Below are positions 31,634-40,775 of a stretch of DNA of 64,000 bases, one piece after another. A program made the position numbers and the translations under genes. This stretch comes from Bacteriovoracia bacterium (GTDB lineage Bacteria; Bdellovibrionota; UBA1018; CAIPTA01): positions 64,001-128,000 of the forward strand of contig JBFWVL010000001.1 in NCBI GenBank assembly GCA_050246755.1, read 5' to 3'. Below the pieces are notes generated by a model. The model saw only the letters and a list, made by a program, of their open reading frames with translations. It made no database searches and was not told the DNA's origin. The first letter of the stretch is position 1. Each line of letters starts with the position of its first letter.

Positions 31634-31682
31634 TGTTCACCATTTTCTGTACAACCCGCCCTCCGCGCTATATTAAGAGCGC

Positions 31683-32504
31683 ATGATTTTCGAGCAAACA
31701 AACTATCGTGTCTTGCTGAAGGCGGCCTGGTCCGAAAAAGCAGCTAAGGGGAAAGGCTATTCCCTGCGTAGCCTAGCCAGGAAGGTGGGCGTGTCCCCTT
31801 CTTTTTTATCCGAAATGCTGAACGGCAAAAAATCTTTGTCGATGGATCTTGCCTTCAAGATCGCCGTGAAGCTGGGCCTCACCGAAACTGAAACCCAGAA
31901 TCTCTGCTTATTGGCCCAGCTCGAAAACGAGCAGGATCCTGATTTCCGCTCCGAGATCCTAAAGCGCATCAACCATCTGCACCCTCGGAAGAAGACTCAC
32001 GACCTTTCAACCGACCTCTTCAAGGTAATCGCCGATTGGTATCATTTTGCCATCCTGGAGATGACGCATTTGCCGGGTTTCCGCTTGCGTGCCGAAAGCA
32101 TCAGCAAGAGCCTAAACATCTCCAAGATAGAAGCCGAAGTGGCCATCGAACGGCTGCTGCGGTTGGAGCTCCTAGAAAAAACGGCCAAAGGATCCTACCG
32201 AAAAACTCACGACTATGTTCTGGCGCAATCCCAAATTTCCGCCGGAGCCCTCAGGCAATTCCACCGTCAGTACCTCGAAAAAGCGCAGCTGGCCCTCGAG
32301 GCGCAGTCTCCCCGGGAACGCGTGAGTGCCACCGACGTTCTGCCGCTAAATTCCAAGTATCTGCCCGAGGTGGATCGGCTATCGCGGGAATTTTCTTCCG
32401 CCGTGCTTCGGCTTTCAGAAAAAACCGGCACCAAAGATGCCGTCTACGCCCTCGGAGTGCATTGTTTTCGCTTAACCACCGCCTATTCTGGAGAAAAATC
32501 ATGA
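31683..32504 (+). CDS. TIGR02147/DUF4423-type HTH regulator-like protein (paralog 2)
   Basis: YSLRSLARKVGVSPSFLSEMLNGKK HTH, F..IADWYHFAILE, IERLLRLELL, ALRQFH and VYALGVHCFRLT. Confidence 0.9.
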   Translation: MIFEQTNYRVLLKAAWSEKAAKGKGYSLRSLARKVGVSPSFLSEMLNGKKSLSMDLAFKIAVKLGLTETETQNLCLLAQLENEQDPDFRSEILKRINHLHPRKKTHDLSTDLFKVIADWYHFAILEMTHLPGFRLRAESISKSLNISKIEAEVAIERLLRLELLEKTAKGSYRKTHDYVLAQSQISAGALRQFHRQYLEKAQLALEAQSPRERVSATDVLPLNSKYLPEVDRLSREFSSAVLRLSEKTGTKDAVYALGVHCFRLTTAYSGEKS

Positions 32505-33550
32505 AAGCATTAATCCTTGCCGTTACCCTCGTCTTCACTTTCACCGGCCCCTGCTTCGCCTCCGGCTCCAGCGTGCGCGGCGGCGGCGACGAAGTGGCTC
32601 TGGAATTCCATAAAAGCTTGTCCCGTGCCATTTCGGAACTCAAGGAACGAGACCAGGAAATATACCGTCGCATCTCGGCGGATCGCTTGCTTGATCTTTC
32701 CCGGGAGGCCAAAATCGTGGTGGTCGATAATGCTCTGGAAGTGAAGATTAAAGACCTGATCCAGAATTCCGTGGCGGTGAATGTGCCGGCGAAAAATTTG
32801 ATTTTGATCAATCGATCTCGCTGGCAAGCTATCGCAGACGATCGGGTAAAAGAAGCTATTTCCCTGCACGAAATCCTCAGCCTGCAAAAGTTGGAGCAAA
32901 CCGGACTCTACGAGATTTCCGCGAAATACCTCGCCCTACAAGGATTGCCGCAAGAACTCTTGTCCTCCAGCCTAGCCGTCAATCGCCTCCAGCAAATCCT
33001 GGCGCTAGAGCCTGCAGACTCTCCGTATGCGGTGCTCGAGAAGCTTTTCCAGGAGGCTCGCGAGCCCTTGACGCTCCGTGATCTGGCAGTCTTGCACTCC
33101 GACCCGGCCTTTCGCTGCCAATCCACCTACTCTTTTAAAATGCGGAGCGACTCGGATCAATGGTCCGATCCCAGCGAACTCCGCGCCGTTTTGGCTGGGC
33201 AATTAGTGGTAGAAACCAAAGCCCCCGTCCCGGGACGCGTAAGCCGTGGGCCGCTCTTTCCCGGCAGCGATCCCTCTCCCGCCGCCGAGGATACCCGGAT
33301 TTTCGTCGGAACGACGGGCAATTTTGGAATGAATTCTAATCCCACTTGGAAAAACTGGCAGGACTCTTCGCTAAAGAGCGACGGCAGGAAGATCCGGCAG
33401 TCCCTGGTGGATCCCGACCAAAGAAAAAAACGCACGGACGAGGTGCGGAAAAATAATGGCCTGCTCGTGATCAAGACGATCGAAGACACGAATAACCGCA
33501 ACTGGTTCAGTATGCCCTTTATCGCCTATACCTATTGCTATAGAGAATAG
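32501..33550 (+). CDS. Secreted GGG/HE-motif hypothetical protein
   Basis: ATG after GGAG overlaps the upstream stop (ATGA); signal peptide ..CFA, SGSSVRGGGD, INRSRW..ISLHEIL. Confidence 0.8.
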   Translation: MKALILAVTLVFTFTGPCFASGSSVRGGGDEVALEFHKSLSRAISELKERDQEIYRRISADRLLDLSREAKIVVVDNALEVKIKDLIQNSVAVNVPAKNLILINRSRWQAIADDRVKEAISLHEILSLQKLEQTGLYEISAKYLALQGLPQELLSSSLAVNRLQQILALEPADSPYAVLEKLFQEAREPLTLRDLAVLHSDPAFRCQSTYSFKMRSDSDQWSDPSELRAVLAGQLVVETKAPVPGRVSRGPLFPGSDPSPAAEDTRIFVGTTGNFGMNSNPTWKNWQDSSLKSDGRKIRQSLVDPDQRKKRTDEVRKNNGLLVIKTIEDTNNRNWFSMPFIAYTYCYRE

Positions 33551-33554
33551 GAAA

Positions 33555-35072
33555 CTAGTCGTCCGTCGTCATCCCATCAAACTTCGCCGGACGATTGGTG
33601 AGCTCTAGGTCCTCTTTACTGAGGGGGGCCACGCTAGAACCGGTCATCATTTTCATGCCATCCGAGGAAACCGAAGCGGGCTTGCGCCAATCGCGGGGAT
33701 GCCACATCGTGCCGGTATTGAGGTACTTGCGGCTCGTGGAATAAATCAGCCCGCAGTCCCGGTGGTAAGAGATCGTGGGACAACCGCTCTTGGCGAAGAA
33801 GGCGTAGCGGTAGTCGAATCCTCCCTGCCCGCGCGCTTCTTTCCCCTGCGCCGAGAAGTACTTGAAGCCCGCCACTTTGGCGGCGTCGTACTTGGGCAGC
33901 TCGTTGGCTTTGATGTCGATATAGGAGATGAAAACTACCGCGTGGCCGGTGCCGTTTTCGCGGTTGATATTCACGAAGGATCCGGGCTGAAGCTCCGAGA
34001 AAGGCACGAGCTCTCCCATCCCGAACTGGTTCAGCGCGTCAGCGGTTCCGTAAGCATCGAGCTTAGGGTCTACCCATATCCGGGATTTAATCCCCGTGGT
34101 CGCGAGCGAGCTCCAGCTCTTGAAGGGCAAGTACTCGTATACCGAGCGGTCGCCGGTCTCTTCCGCGTAGATATCGTAGGCGGTGAGAATTACCTCGAGG
34201 GCCGCGGCCACGCACATGGTGAGGTTGCCGTAGGTGGCCTTCAGCGTGCCGAGACCACCGTAGTCGAGGTCGTGGGTATAAACAGCTTTAATATTATAAC
34301 CCAGCAGCCCATGCTCGGCGCGGATCTTGTCCACGGCTTTCAGGATATACCCGTTGAAATTCTTGGCCGCCGGCGGAGGAGCGGCTTTCGGCCACACGTT
34401 CACATTGTAGGTTTTGGTCACCACTTCGCTGCCCGCCGTCTTGCCCGTGAACCTCAGCTCGAAGGCGCCGTGGCCGGTAAGAATGGTATTGAAGCGGAAT
34501 TTTTTCTGGTCGCTCACGTATTCGGCGGCGCCCAGGAGCGTGCCGTTCTTGGAAACTTCTACCGCGTCGATGCCCGCACTCGCCACGATGTAGAAAAGCG
34601 CGTTATCACCGTCGGTGAAATTCTGCTGGTCCTTCAGGTTTTCCACGGTGAGCATAGGGGCCACGGCTTTTACCTCCACCTTATAGTCCACGCGCGCGAG
34701 CACCTTGGCCTTCGCGTCGTAGCCCACCACGGAGAGCGTATGCTTGCCGATCTGGGCGGCGGTGAATACCGTAGCCAGACTGAAGCTGGATGAAGCGCTC
34801 GAGGCGAGCACGGCGTTATCGAGAACTAAACTAATTTTACTGATAGCGGTGGCCTTGCCGGTAACCGTCACGTTTTTGCCCACCGTATACACGGCCGCGG
34901 GCGTATCCACCTTCAGGCTGGGCTTGGGCGCGGTGGGCGGAGGCGATGGTGGGGTTTCCGGCTTCTTCCCGAAGGCGAAGACCGGCTCGGCGGTAACGAG
35001 CAGAAGGGTGAGGGTGAGAAATAAAGTGGCGACGCCTTGGCTGAAACGTGTAGTACCTGTTTTCATATCCAA
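33555..35072 (-). CDS. Secreted protein with Ig-like repeats and a C-terminal papain/NlpC-like Cys-His domain
   Basis: Signal peptide, Pro linker and two beta-rich modules; TMCV...ELQPGSFVNINRENGTGHAVVF..FKYFSAQ. Confidence 0.6.
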   Translation of the reverse strand: MDMKTGTTRFSQGVATLFLTLTLLLVTAEPVFAFGKKPETPPSPPPTAPKPSLKVDTPAAVYTVGKNVTVTGKATAISKISLVLDNAVLASSASSSFSLATVFTAAQIGKHTLSVVGYDAKAKVLARVDYKVEVKAVAPMLTVENLKDQQNFTDGDNALFYIVASAGIDAVEVSKNGTLLGAAEYVSDQKKFRFNTILTGHGAFELRFTGKTAGSEVVTKTYNVNVWPKAAPPPAAKNFNGYILKAVDKIRAEHGLLGYNIKAVYTHDLDYGGLGTLKATYGNLTMCVAAALEVILTAYDIYAEETGDRSVYEYLPFKSWSSLATTGIKSRIWVDPKLDAYGTADALNQFGMGELVPFSELQPGSFVNINRENGTGHAVVFISYIDIKANELPKYDAAKVAGFKYFSAQGKEARGQGGFDYRYAFFAKSGCPTISYHRDCGLIYSTSRKYLNTGTMWHPRDWRKPASVSSDGMKMMTGSSVAPLSKEDLELTNRPAKFDGMTTDD

Positions 35073-35152
35073 GCCATCGGGAAAATGACCGGGAATACTT
35101 AGCGAGATTAGCTAATGTTAGCCGATGACAGGTTATGCCTACACGGCGGCGT

Positions 35153-35344
35153 TTACTTTACGTTGAAATAATAGAATTTGCCGCCGCTAGGATCATCGGA
35201 GAAAAAGCCTTCTTTCAGGCTGTCCCCTATCTTCTTTTGGAGACTCCCGAACACCGGACGCGCGAGCACGAAAATCATTCCCACCACCACGGCGAGCACG
35301 AGGATATACTCGAGAATGGATTGCCCACGCTCGTTGCGGAGCAT
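35153..35344 (-). CDS. Flp/Tad-type pilin-like protein (class III signal peptide)
   Basis: MLRNERG/QSILEYILVLAVVVGMI: G cleavage site, E+5 and Y+6, hydrophobic helix. Confidence 0.75.
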   Translation of the reverse strand: MLRNERGQSILEYILVLAVVVGMIFVLARPVFGSLQKKIGDSLKEGFFSDDPSGGKFYYFNVK

Positions 35345-35348
35345 TCCC

Positions 35349-36653
35349 CTAGAGAGGATAGCGCCGAAAAACTTCCTTATACGTATGCTCCACATATTCG
35401 AGCCCTCTTCCTTCCTGGAATACGGATTCGATCTCCCGCTTCTTCACATATTGTAGAACATCGGGATCGGCGAGCAAACGTTCTTTGAGCGCATCTCCGC
35501 CCTTCCAGGCCTCGAGCGCATGCTTCTGCACCAAACGATAAGCGGCATCGCGGGCAAGGCCGGCCTCCACGAGGGCCAGCAACACGGCACCGGAATAAAC
35601 GAGGCCGCGGGTATGCTGAAGATTCTCTTTCACCCGCTTCTCCTTCACGCGCAATCCTTCGATCAATTTACGCGAGCGCACGAGCATATAGTGCATGAGG
35701 ATGGTGGCGTCGGGACCGATCACGCGTTCCACGGAAGAATGCGAGATGTCGCGCTCGTGCCAGAGCGGAATATTCTCGAGGGCCGACTGCGCGTAGCCGC
35801 GGAGGAGGCGCGCGCAGCCCGTGAGATTTTCGGCGGAGATCGGATTTTTTTTATGGGGCATCGCGGAGCTGCCTTTTTGCCCGGCGCTGAACCCCTCCTC
35901 CACCTCGCCCACTTCGGTGCGCTGCAGGTGGCGCAGCTCCACCGCCATGCGCTCGATGCCGCTGGCGAGCAGAGCCAGGGCGGCGAAAAATTCGGCGTGG
36001 CGATCACGGGGAATTACCTGCGTGGAAACGGGCTCGGGCGTGAGTCCTAAGTAAGCGCAGGCCTTTTTTTCCACCGTGGGCGGCAAGGTTCCGTAGGAGC
36101 CCACGGCTCCCGAGAACATTCCCACCGAGATCGCTTCCACCGCGCGCGCAAAACGCTCCCGGTTACGCTGAAGTTCCGCGTAGTGCGAGAGAAAACGCAG
36201 GCCGAAAGAAAGCGGCTCGGCGTGAATGCCGTGGGAGCGGCCAATCGCGGGCAGGCGCTTGGTATCGAGCGCAAGCTTCTTCAGGGCTTTCGCCAGGAGC
36301 TTCGCCTCCGCTTCGATCAGCGCGGCCGATTCCTTCAGCTGCAGAGCGAAGGCGGTATCGACCACATCGCTCGAAGTGAGGCCATAGTGAAAATACTGGG
36401 CATCCTCGCCCACCAGCTTCTCGATCTGCATCGTGAACGCGATGATATCGTGCTTCACTATTTCTTCGTTGGCCTGGATTTGTTTTACGTTAACGCGGGC
36501 CTTGCTCGCGAGGCGCTTATAGGCCGCCGCCGGCATGATTTTCAGGTCGGCCATCGCCCGGCAGGCGGCGAGTTCCACGCGCAGCCAAGTTTTGTATTTC
36601 GCTTCTTCCGTCCAAAGGGCGGCGGCGGCCGGCAGGGTATAGCGCTCGATCAT
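35349..36653 (-). CDS. purB: Adenylosuccinate lyase
   Basis: MIERY, HYGLTSSDVVDT, GRSHGIHAEP, GSSAMPHKKNP and WHERDISHSSVER. Confidence 0.97.
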   Translation of the reverse strand: MIERYTLPAAAALWTEEAKYKTWLRVELAACRAMADLKIMPAAAYKRLASKARVNVKQIQANEEIVKHDIIAFTMQIEKLVGEDAQYFHYGLTSSDVVDTAFALQLKESAALIEAEAKLLAKALKKLALDTKRLPAIGRSHGIHAEPLSFGLRFLSHYAELQRNRERFARAVEAISVGMFSGAVGSYGTLPPTVEKKACAYLGLTPEPVSTQVIPRDRHAEFFAALALLASGIERMAVELRHLQRTEVGEVEEGFSAGQKGSSAMPHKKNPISAENLTGCARLLRGYAQSALENIPLWHERDISHSSVERVIGPDATILMHYMLVRSRKLIEGLRVKEKRVKENLQHTRGLVYSGAVLLALVEAGLARDAAYRLVQKHALEAWKGGDALKERLLADPDVLQYVKKREIESVFQEGRGLEYVEHTYKEVFRRYPL

Positions 36654-37621
36654 GATTTCTCCTCGTGGCCTCGGTAATAAATTTTTTCCTGCGGGTCGGC
36701 ATCGGCGGGCGCCTGGGGAAAACCTTCCCGCAGCTTGCCGTCGCGGATCACCTTCGCGTAGTAACTCTCGTATTTTTCGGCCATATGCCGGTGCGTGAAC
36801 GCGGCCTCCACGCGGGCGCGGCAGGCCTCACCCGGAATTTTAATATTCTTGGCGGCGGCCACGAGCTCGGGGAAAGAATCAGCCAGGATCCCGCAGCTAG
36901 GATCCACGATTTCGGGCAAGGCTCCGCGAGGGGTGGCCACCACGGGCGTGCCGCAGGCGAGCGCCTCCACCACCGCGATGCCGAATGGCTCTTCCCAAAT
37001 CACGGGGAAAAGCAGCGCTGAGGCGCTCTGGAGCAACGCTAATTTCTGGGGGCCGTCCACCGTCCCGAAAGACTTCACGCCCAAATGCCAGCAGCCCGCC
37101 CGCCCGCCCGCCACGTGCAGGGGCTTGCCGGCCGCCTTGGCGATCTGGATCGCGCCCTTGAGATTCTTCACGCGCCAGGAAGCCTTGGCGAGAAAGAGCA
37201 GGTAATTTTCTTTGCGGCGCTCGAGGGGATACTCCGAAAGGTCGAGGCCGTTATGCACGAACTCCGTCCAGCCATGGCGGCTCGCGTGGTTTTTGCTCAC
37301 GAAAACGGTATTGGGGTGGAAACGCTCGCCCGCCTGGCCATTACCGCCGATATTTACCAGCAGCGGCGCCTCGACGGCAAAATTGGGAGTGCTGTAAAGC
37401 TGTACCACCTCGGTGCCGGCGGGAAGAAGCGGATCCAGGCGCTCGATCTTTTCGGGCAGAGGAAGCGTGCGGGCGAAGGGCAGCTTGCTCCCCGGCCGGC
37501 AAAGAATCGTGACTTCATGGCCGCGCTCCGCCTGCGCTTTCGCGAGCCAGTAACAGACGCGCTCGGTGCCGCCGTAGCCCGCCACCGGAAACGAAGTGGA
37601 AATCACGTGGGTGATTTTCAA
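36650..37621 (-). CDS. Glycosyltransferase family 4
   Basis: YGGTER...LA..GHEVT, VHNGLD and WEEPFGIAVVEALACGTPV. Confidence 0.9.
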   Translation of the reverse strand: MKITHVISTSFPVAGYGGTERVCYWLAKAQAERGHEVTILCRPGSKLPFARTLPLPEKIERLDPLLPAGTEVVQLYSTPNFAVEAPLLVNIGGNGQAGERFHPNTVFVSKNHASRHGWTEFVHNGLDLSEYPLERRKENYLLFLAKASWRVKNLKGAIQIAKAAGKPLHVAGGRAGCWHLGVKSFGTVDGPQKLALLQSASALLFPVIWEEPFGIAVVEALACGTPVVATPRGALPEIVDPSCGILADSFPELVAAAKNIKIPGEACRARVEAAFTHRHMAEKYESYYAKVIRDGKLREGFPQAPADADPQEKIYYRGHEEKS

Positions 37622-39042
37622 TCGCGCCTCCTATCCTCTCCCTTTATCCGCTCGAGCAGATCCATGGCGGTGGCAATCTCGCCCACGAGCCCATGAAAAG
37701 GCCGGATATCGCGCGAGCAAAGCGCCAGGCCATCCAGACCGAACTCTTTCCAGTCGATGCTGCCGGGCAAATCGGGCGAAGCGGATAAACCATTTTCATA
37801 TACCCGGAGCATATCCGGAATATCCGCCAGCGATTCGAAGCGATAGTAGCGCTGGAACACGGGATCCTGCTCGAGCTTATCGGCGTCGGGCGAAAGCGCG
37901 AACGGGCGTTCCCGGAGGAAGGGCATCAGCTCGCCGAGCCGTTCCAGTGAGCGCTTAAGCACGCGGGTGATATAGCGCGCGTGGATCGTTTCCTCGGCGA
38001 AGGGCATGAGCATGCGGGCGATCACGGCCACGTGCCCGGCGGGAATCCCCCCGTAGACATCTTTGCGGAAAATTTGCAGCTGCAGGAAATTCTCCTGCTC
38101 GAGGCCTTCAGCCGGACTCACCAGGGCCACGTGGGAGCCGAGTCCTTCCGGAACCAACGCCTCCGGCATGAGCAGGGTGAAGCTCAGGCGCCAGTAGCGC
38201 GGGCGCATCGCCCTCACTCTTTCCAGCAATCGTTTCGGGCGGCGCGCGAGCGGAATCAAGTGGAGAAACTTCTCGGCATCGAGCGAACCCACCACGCGGG
38301 GGCTGCGCACGAAGCCTTCGTAGGAAGAAAGGAGAACCCCGGTGAGCCGGCCCCGCTCGAACACGATCTCTTCCACTTCGGTGGCGCGCTTCACGGTGCC
38401 GCCCGATACCATGATACGGGAAAGCAAGCGCTCTTTGAGGCCGCTGCGCCCGCCGATCGGAAAACGTACCCCGCGGGCACCGAGTTCCATGAGATCGCGG
38501 TACGCCGGAGCGCTGATCCGTGGGGGAGCCATCGAGCCGTAGAGCATCGCCTGCATCGGCCCATAAGCTTCGTAGCTCACCGGCAGCTGGAGCCTGGCAA
38601 TGAGGTCGGAAAAAGATCCCCGGCTCACTTCTTGGCCAGACAAAGCGCGCGCCAAGCCTTCCAGCTGCCCCTTAGGCAGAGGCAGCTCGCGACGCAGCTG
38701 CTGGAGCAGGGAGTCGGCGCGGTAAGAAAAATCCAGACGCAAACGCGGTGCTACGACCTGCAGGCCCGGCTCGTGAAAAGGAAATACCTCGTCGATATTC
38801 TGGTAAAGTCCGAGGCTTTGGAGAAAACGATCCAGCGGCGTATCGGCCGCGAGGCCGATCACGGGTTCGGCCGCAAAATCCCCGAGTAGTTTACCCGAAG
38901 GCACTTCGTAGAGCACGGTGGGAACCGAAGACTCCTCGAGCACCAGCACGCGAAGCCCCGTTTGGGCGGCACCCGCGGCGAGGAATAGCCCGCCGAGCTG
39001 GTTGCCGATCACGATTAGGTCGTAGCTATCGCGTAGCTGCAT
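37618..39042 (-). CDS. FAD-dependent oxidoreductase, phytoene-desaturase-like (degenerate dinucleotide motif)
   Basis: YDLIVIGNQLGGL...GLRVLVLE, FPIGG..L and GG.V....VEEI. Confidence 0.65.
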   Translation of the reverse strand: MQLRDSYDLIVIGNQLGGLFLAAGAAQTGLRVLVLEESSVPTVLYEVPSGKLLGDFAAEPVIGLAADTPLDRFLQSLGLYQNIDEVFPFHEPGLQVVAPRLRLDFSYRADSLLQQLRRELPLPKGQLEGLARALSGQEVSRGSFSDLIARLQLPVSYEAYGPMQAMLYGSMAPPRISAPAYRDLMELGARGVRFPIGGRSGLKERLLSRIMVSGGTVKRATEVEEIVFERGRLTGVLLSSYEGFVRSPRVVGSLDAEKFLHLIPLARRPKRLLERVRAMRPRYWRLSFTLLMPEALVPEGLGSHVALVSPAEGLEQENFLQLQIFRKDVYGGIPAGHVAVIARMLMPFAEETIHARYITRVLKRSLERLGELMPFLRERPFALSPDADKLEQDPVFQRYYRFESLADIPDMLRVYENGLSASPDLPGSIDWKEFGLDGLALCSRDIRPFHGLVGEIATAMDLLERIKGEDRRRD

Positions 39043-39043
39043 C

Positions 39044-39433
39044 TCACTTCTTTCTTTGGTTCTCTACCGGAGTTACGCAGGTGCCCTTAGCCTTACAAAC
39101 AATGATGGGTTGATCGAGAATATCGGCGGCGGTGGCGGAAATTTCCGGCCTCGCCTGAATTACTTTGCGTGCCTCGAACTCCATCGTGCGCGAGCTCTTG
39201 CCCTCTTTCACGATACGTCCCACGGCCTCGATATAATCGCCGGCGTATACGGGCGCGAGGAACTCCACCGATTCGTAGGCGCGGAACAGGCCTTCATCGC
39301 CGTCGCGGTGGATGAGCAATTCGGTGGCTACGTCGCCAAAAAGGTGGAGCATCTTCGCGCCGTCGACCAATCCCCCGCCGTAATGGGCGTCTTCGGCTCC
39401 CATGCGTAAACGGATCACTACTTCTTTTGCCAT
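39044..39433 (-). CDS. kal: Hotdog-fold protein, 3-aminobutyryl-CoA ammonia-lyase-like
   Basis: RLRM...[48 protein letters not shown]. Confidence 0.8.
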   Translation of the reverse strand: MAKEVVIRLRMGAEDAHYGGGLVDGAKMLHLFGDVATELLIHRDGDEGLFRAYESVEFLAPVYAGDYIEAVGRIVKEGKSSRTMEFEARKVIQARPEISATAADILDQPIIVCKAKGTCVTPVENQRKK

Positions 39434-39512
39434 TTGCTCTCCCTTATTTGGTGCAGCTTACCCTAAAAATCCGTTTGGCACGGAGGCCCGAAGCCAGGAA
39501 ATACCCGCGATT

Positions 39513-40775
39513 TTAGCCCTTCGGCAGGCAATCTTCCACGAAACGGGCCACCCGCTCCCCCGCCCCCCGGTGCACTTGCAGAAAAACATGGAGCGAATCT
39601 ACGGCCCGCTGCCGCGCCCGCCCCTCGGCGTGCACCTCCAGCATCCAATCGGCCAAAATCCGCGCGCCCCCGCCTTCGGGCAAAGCCAGCGCCGCCCCCA
39701 CCGTGCTGAGAGTAACGGCTTCGGGGCTCCGGCCGTAATGCGGGCCGAAAGCCACCGGCAACCCGTGCGCGGCAGGCTCCACGATGCTGTGAATTTGGCG
39801 GCCGAATCCCCCGCCCACGTAAGCCAGGCGGCCGAGCCCGTAAATCTCGGCGAGAAAACCCCTCTGATCCACGAGCATCACCTCCGCCTTGGATCCCTGC
39901 GTGATTTGCGAAAAGCGCTGGTGCGTGAGCCCTTGGGCGTCCAAGGCTTTCTCGAGGTGGCTCAAGTGTTCCGGCGTGGGCTCGTGGGGCACGATCACGA
40001 GGGAACGAGGAAATTTCAGGCGCCGCCAGGCTTCGAGCAAAATCGTTTCATCTTTGGGCCAAGTGGATCCCGCCACGAGACAGAACTTCTGCCGCGACCA
40101 TAGCTTCAATCTTTCGCCCGCACGGCTTTCGGTGAGCGCTTTATCCACCCGCGCCAGCGCGCGATCCACCCGGGGGTCTCCGGCCACGAGGCCCCGTGCT
40201 CGGGCGTGCACGAAAGGCTCCCAGGCATTAGCGGCGATCGCGTCCACGAAAGTCCAGGCGGTAACCGAGGAAAAAAGCACGTGGCGCGCGTGCAAGCTGA
40301 GCCAGCCGAACCAGCCGAGCGGCGGCGTGGAGGCATTGATGAGCAGCACGGGCACCCCAGCTTTCTTGGCGGCGAGAACGTGGTTGGGCCAGATATCGTA
40401 GCGATTGAGCACCAGGAGCCGCGGCCGCACCAGCGCCATCAGCTCTTCCATGTCGTCGGGCCGATCTAGCGGAAGAAAATCCGCGTAGCGCACGAAGCTC
40501 CAGTCCTTCACGAGCCGAGGAACCGAAGGCGAAAAATAACTCAGCACCACCGAATAATTTCCTCTGAGGCCTTCGATCACGGGGCGCGCTTGCTCGAGCT
40601 CGCCCACGCTCGAAACGTGGAACCAAATCCGGTTTTCACCGAGATCAGCGCGGCGCCAGCGCTCAAGGAGCCCTTCCCGAGCCTGGAGAAACTCCCTCAA
40701 GCCGGGAGAAAAACGGGAGAGAAAATCCAGGAGCGAGATTAGGCGCGGCAGCAAAAATTGGTAGAGCTTTAGCAA
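39513..40775 (-). CDS. waaA: Kdo transferase
   Basis: IWFHVSSVGE, FLPLD, WPN, AGSTW..DE, IVPHE and VGGGF...HSIVEPA. Confidence 0.92.
   Translation of the reverse strand: MLKLYQFLLPRLISLLDFLSRFSPGLREFLQAREGLLERWRRADLGENRIWFHVSSVGELEQARPVIEGLRGNYSVVLSYFSPSVPRLVKDWSFVRYADFLPLDRPDDMEELMALVRPRLLVLNRYDIWPNHVLAAKKAGVPVLLINASTPPLGWFGWLSLHARHVLFSSVTAWTFVDAIAANAWEPFVHARARGLVAGDPRVDRALARVDKALTESRAGERLKLWSRQKFCLVAGSTWPKDETILLEAWRRLKFPRSLVIVPHEPTPEHLSHLEKALDAQGLTHQRFSQITQGSKAEVMLVDQRGFLAEIYGLGRLAYVGGGFGRQIHSIVEPAAHGLPVAFGPHYGRSPEAVTLSTVGAALALPEGGGARILADWMLEVHAEGRARQRAVDSLHVFLQVHRGAGERVARFVEDCLPKG

Noticed and set aside
32036-32500. 155-aa N-terminal extension of the 32036-33550 ORF
   Set aside because: It overlaps the TIGR02147 gene out of frame; the RBS and signal peptide point to a start at 32501
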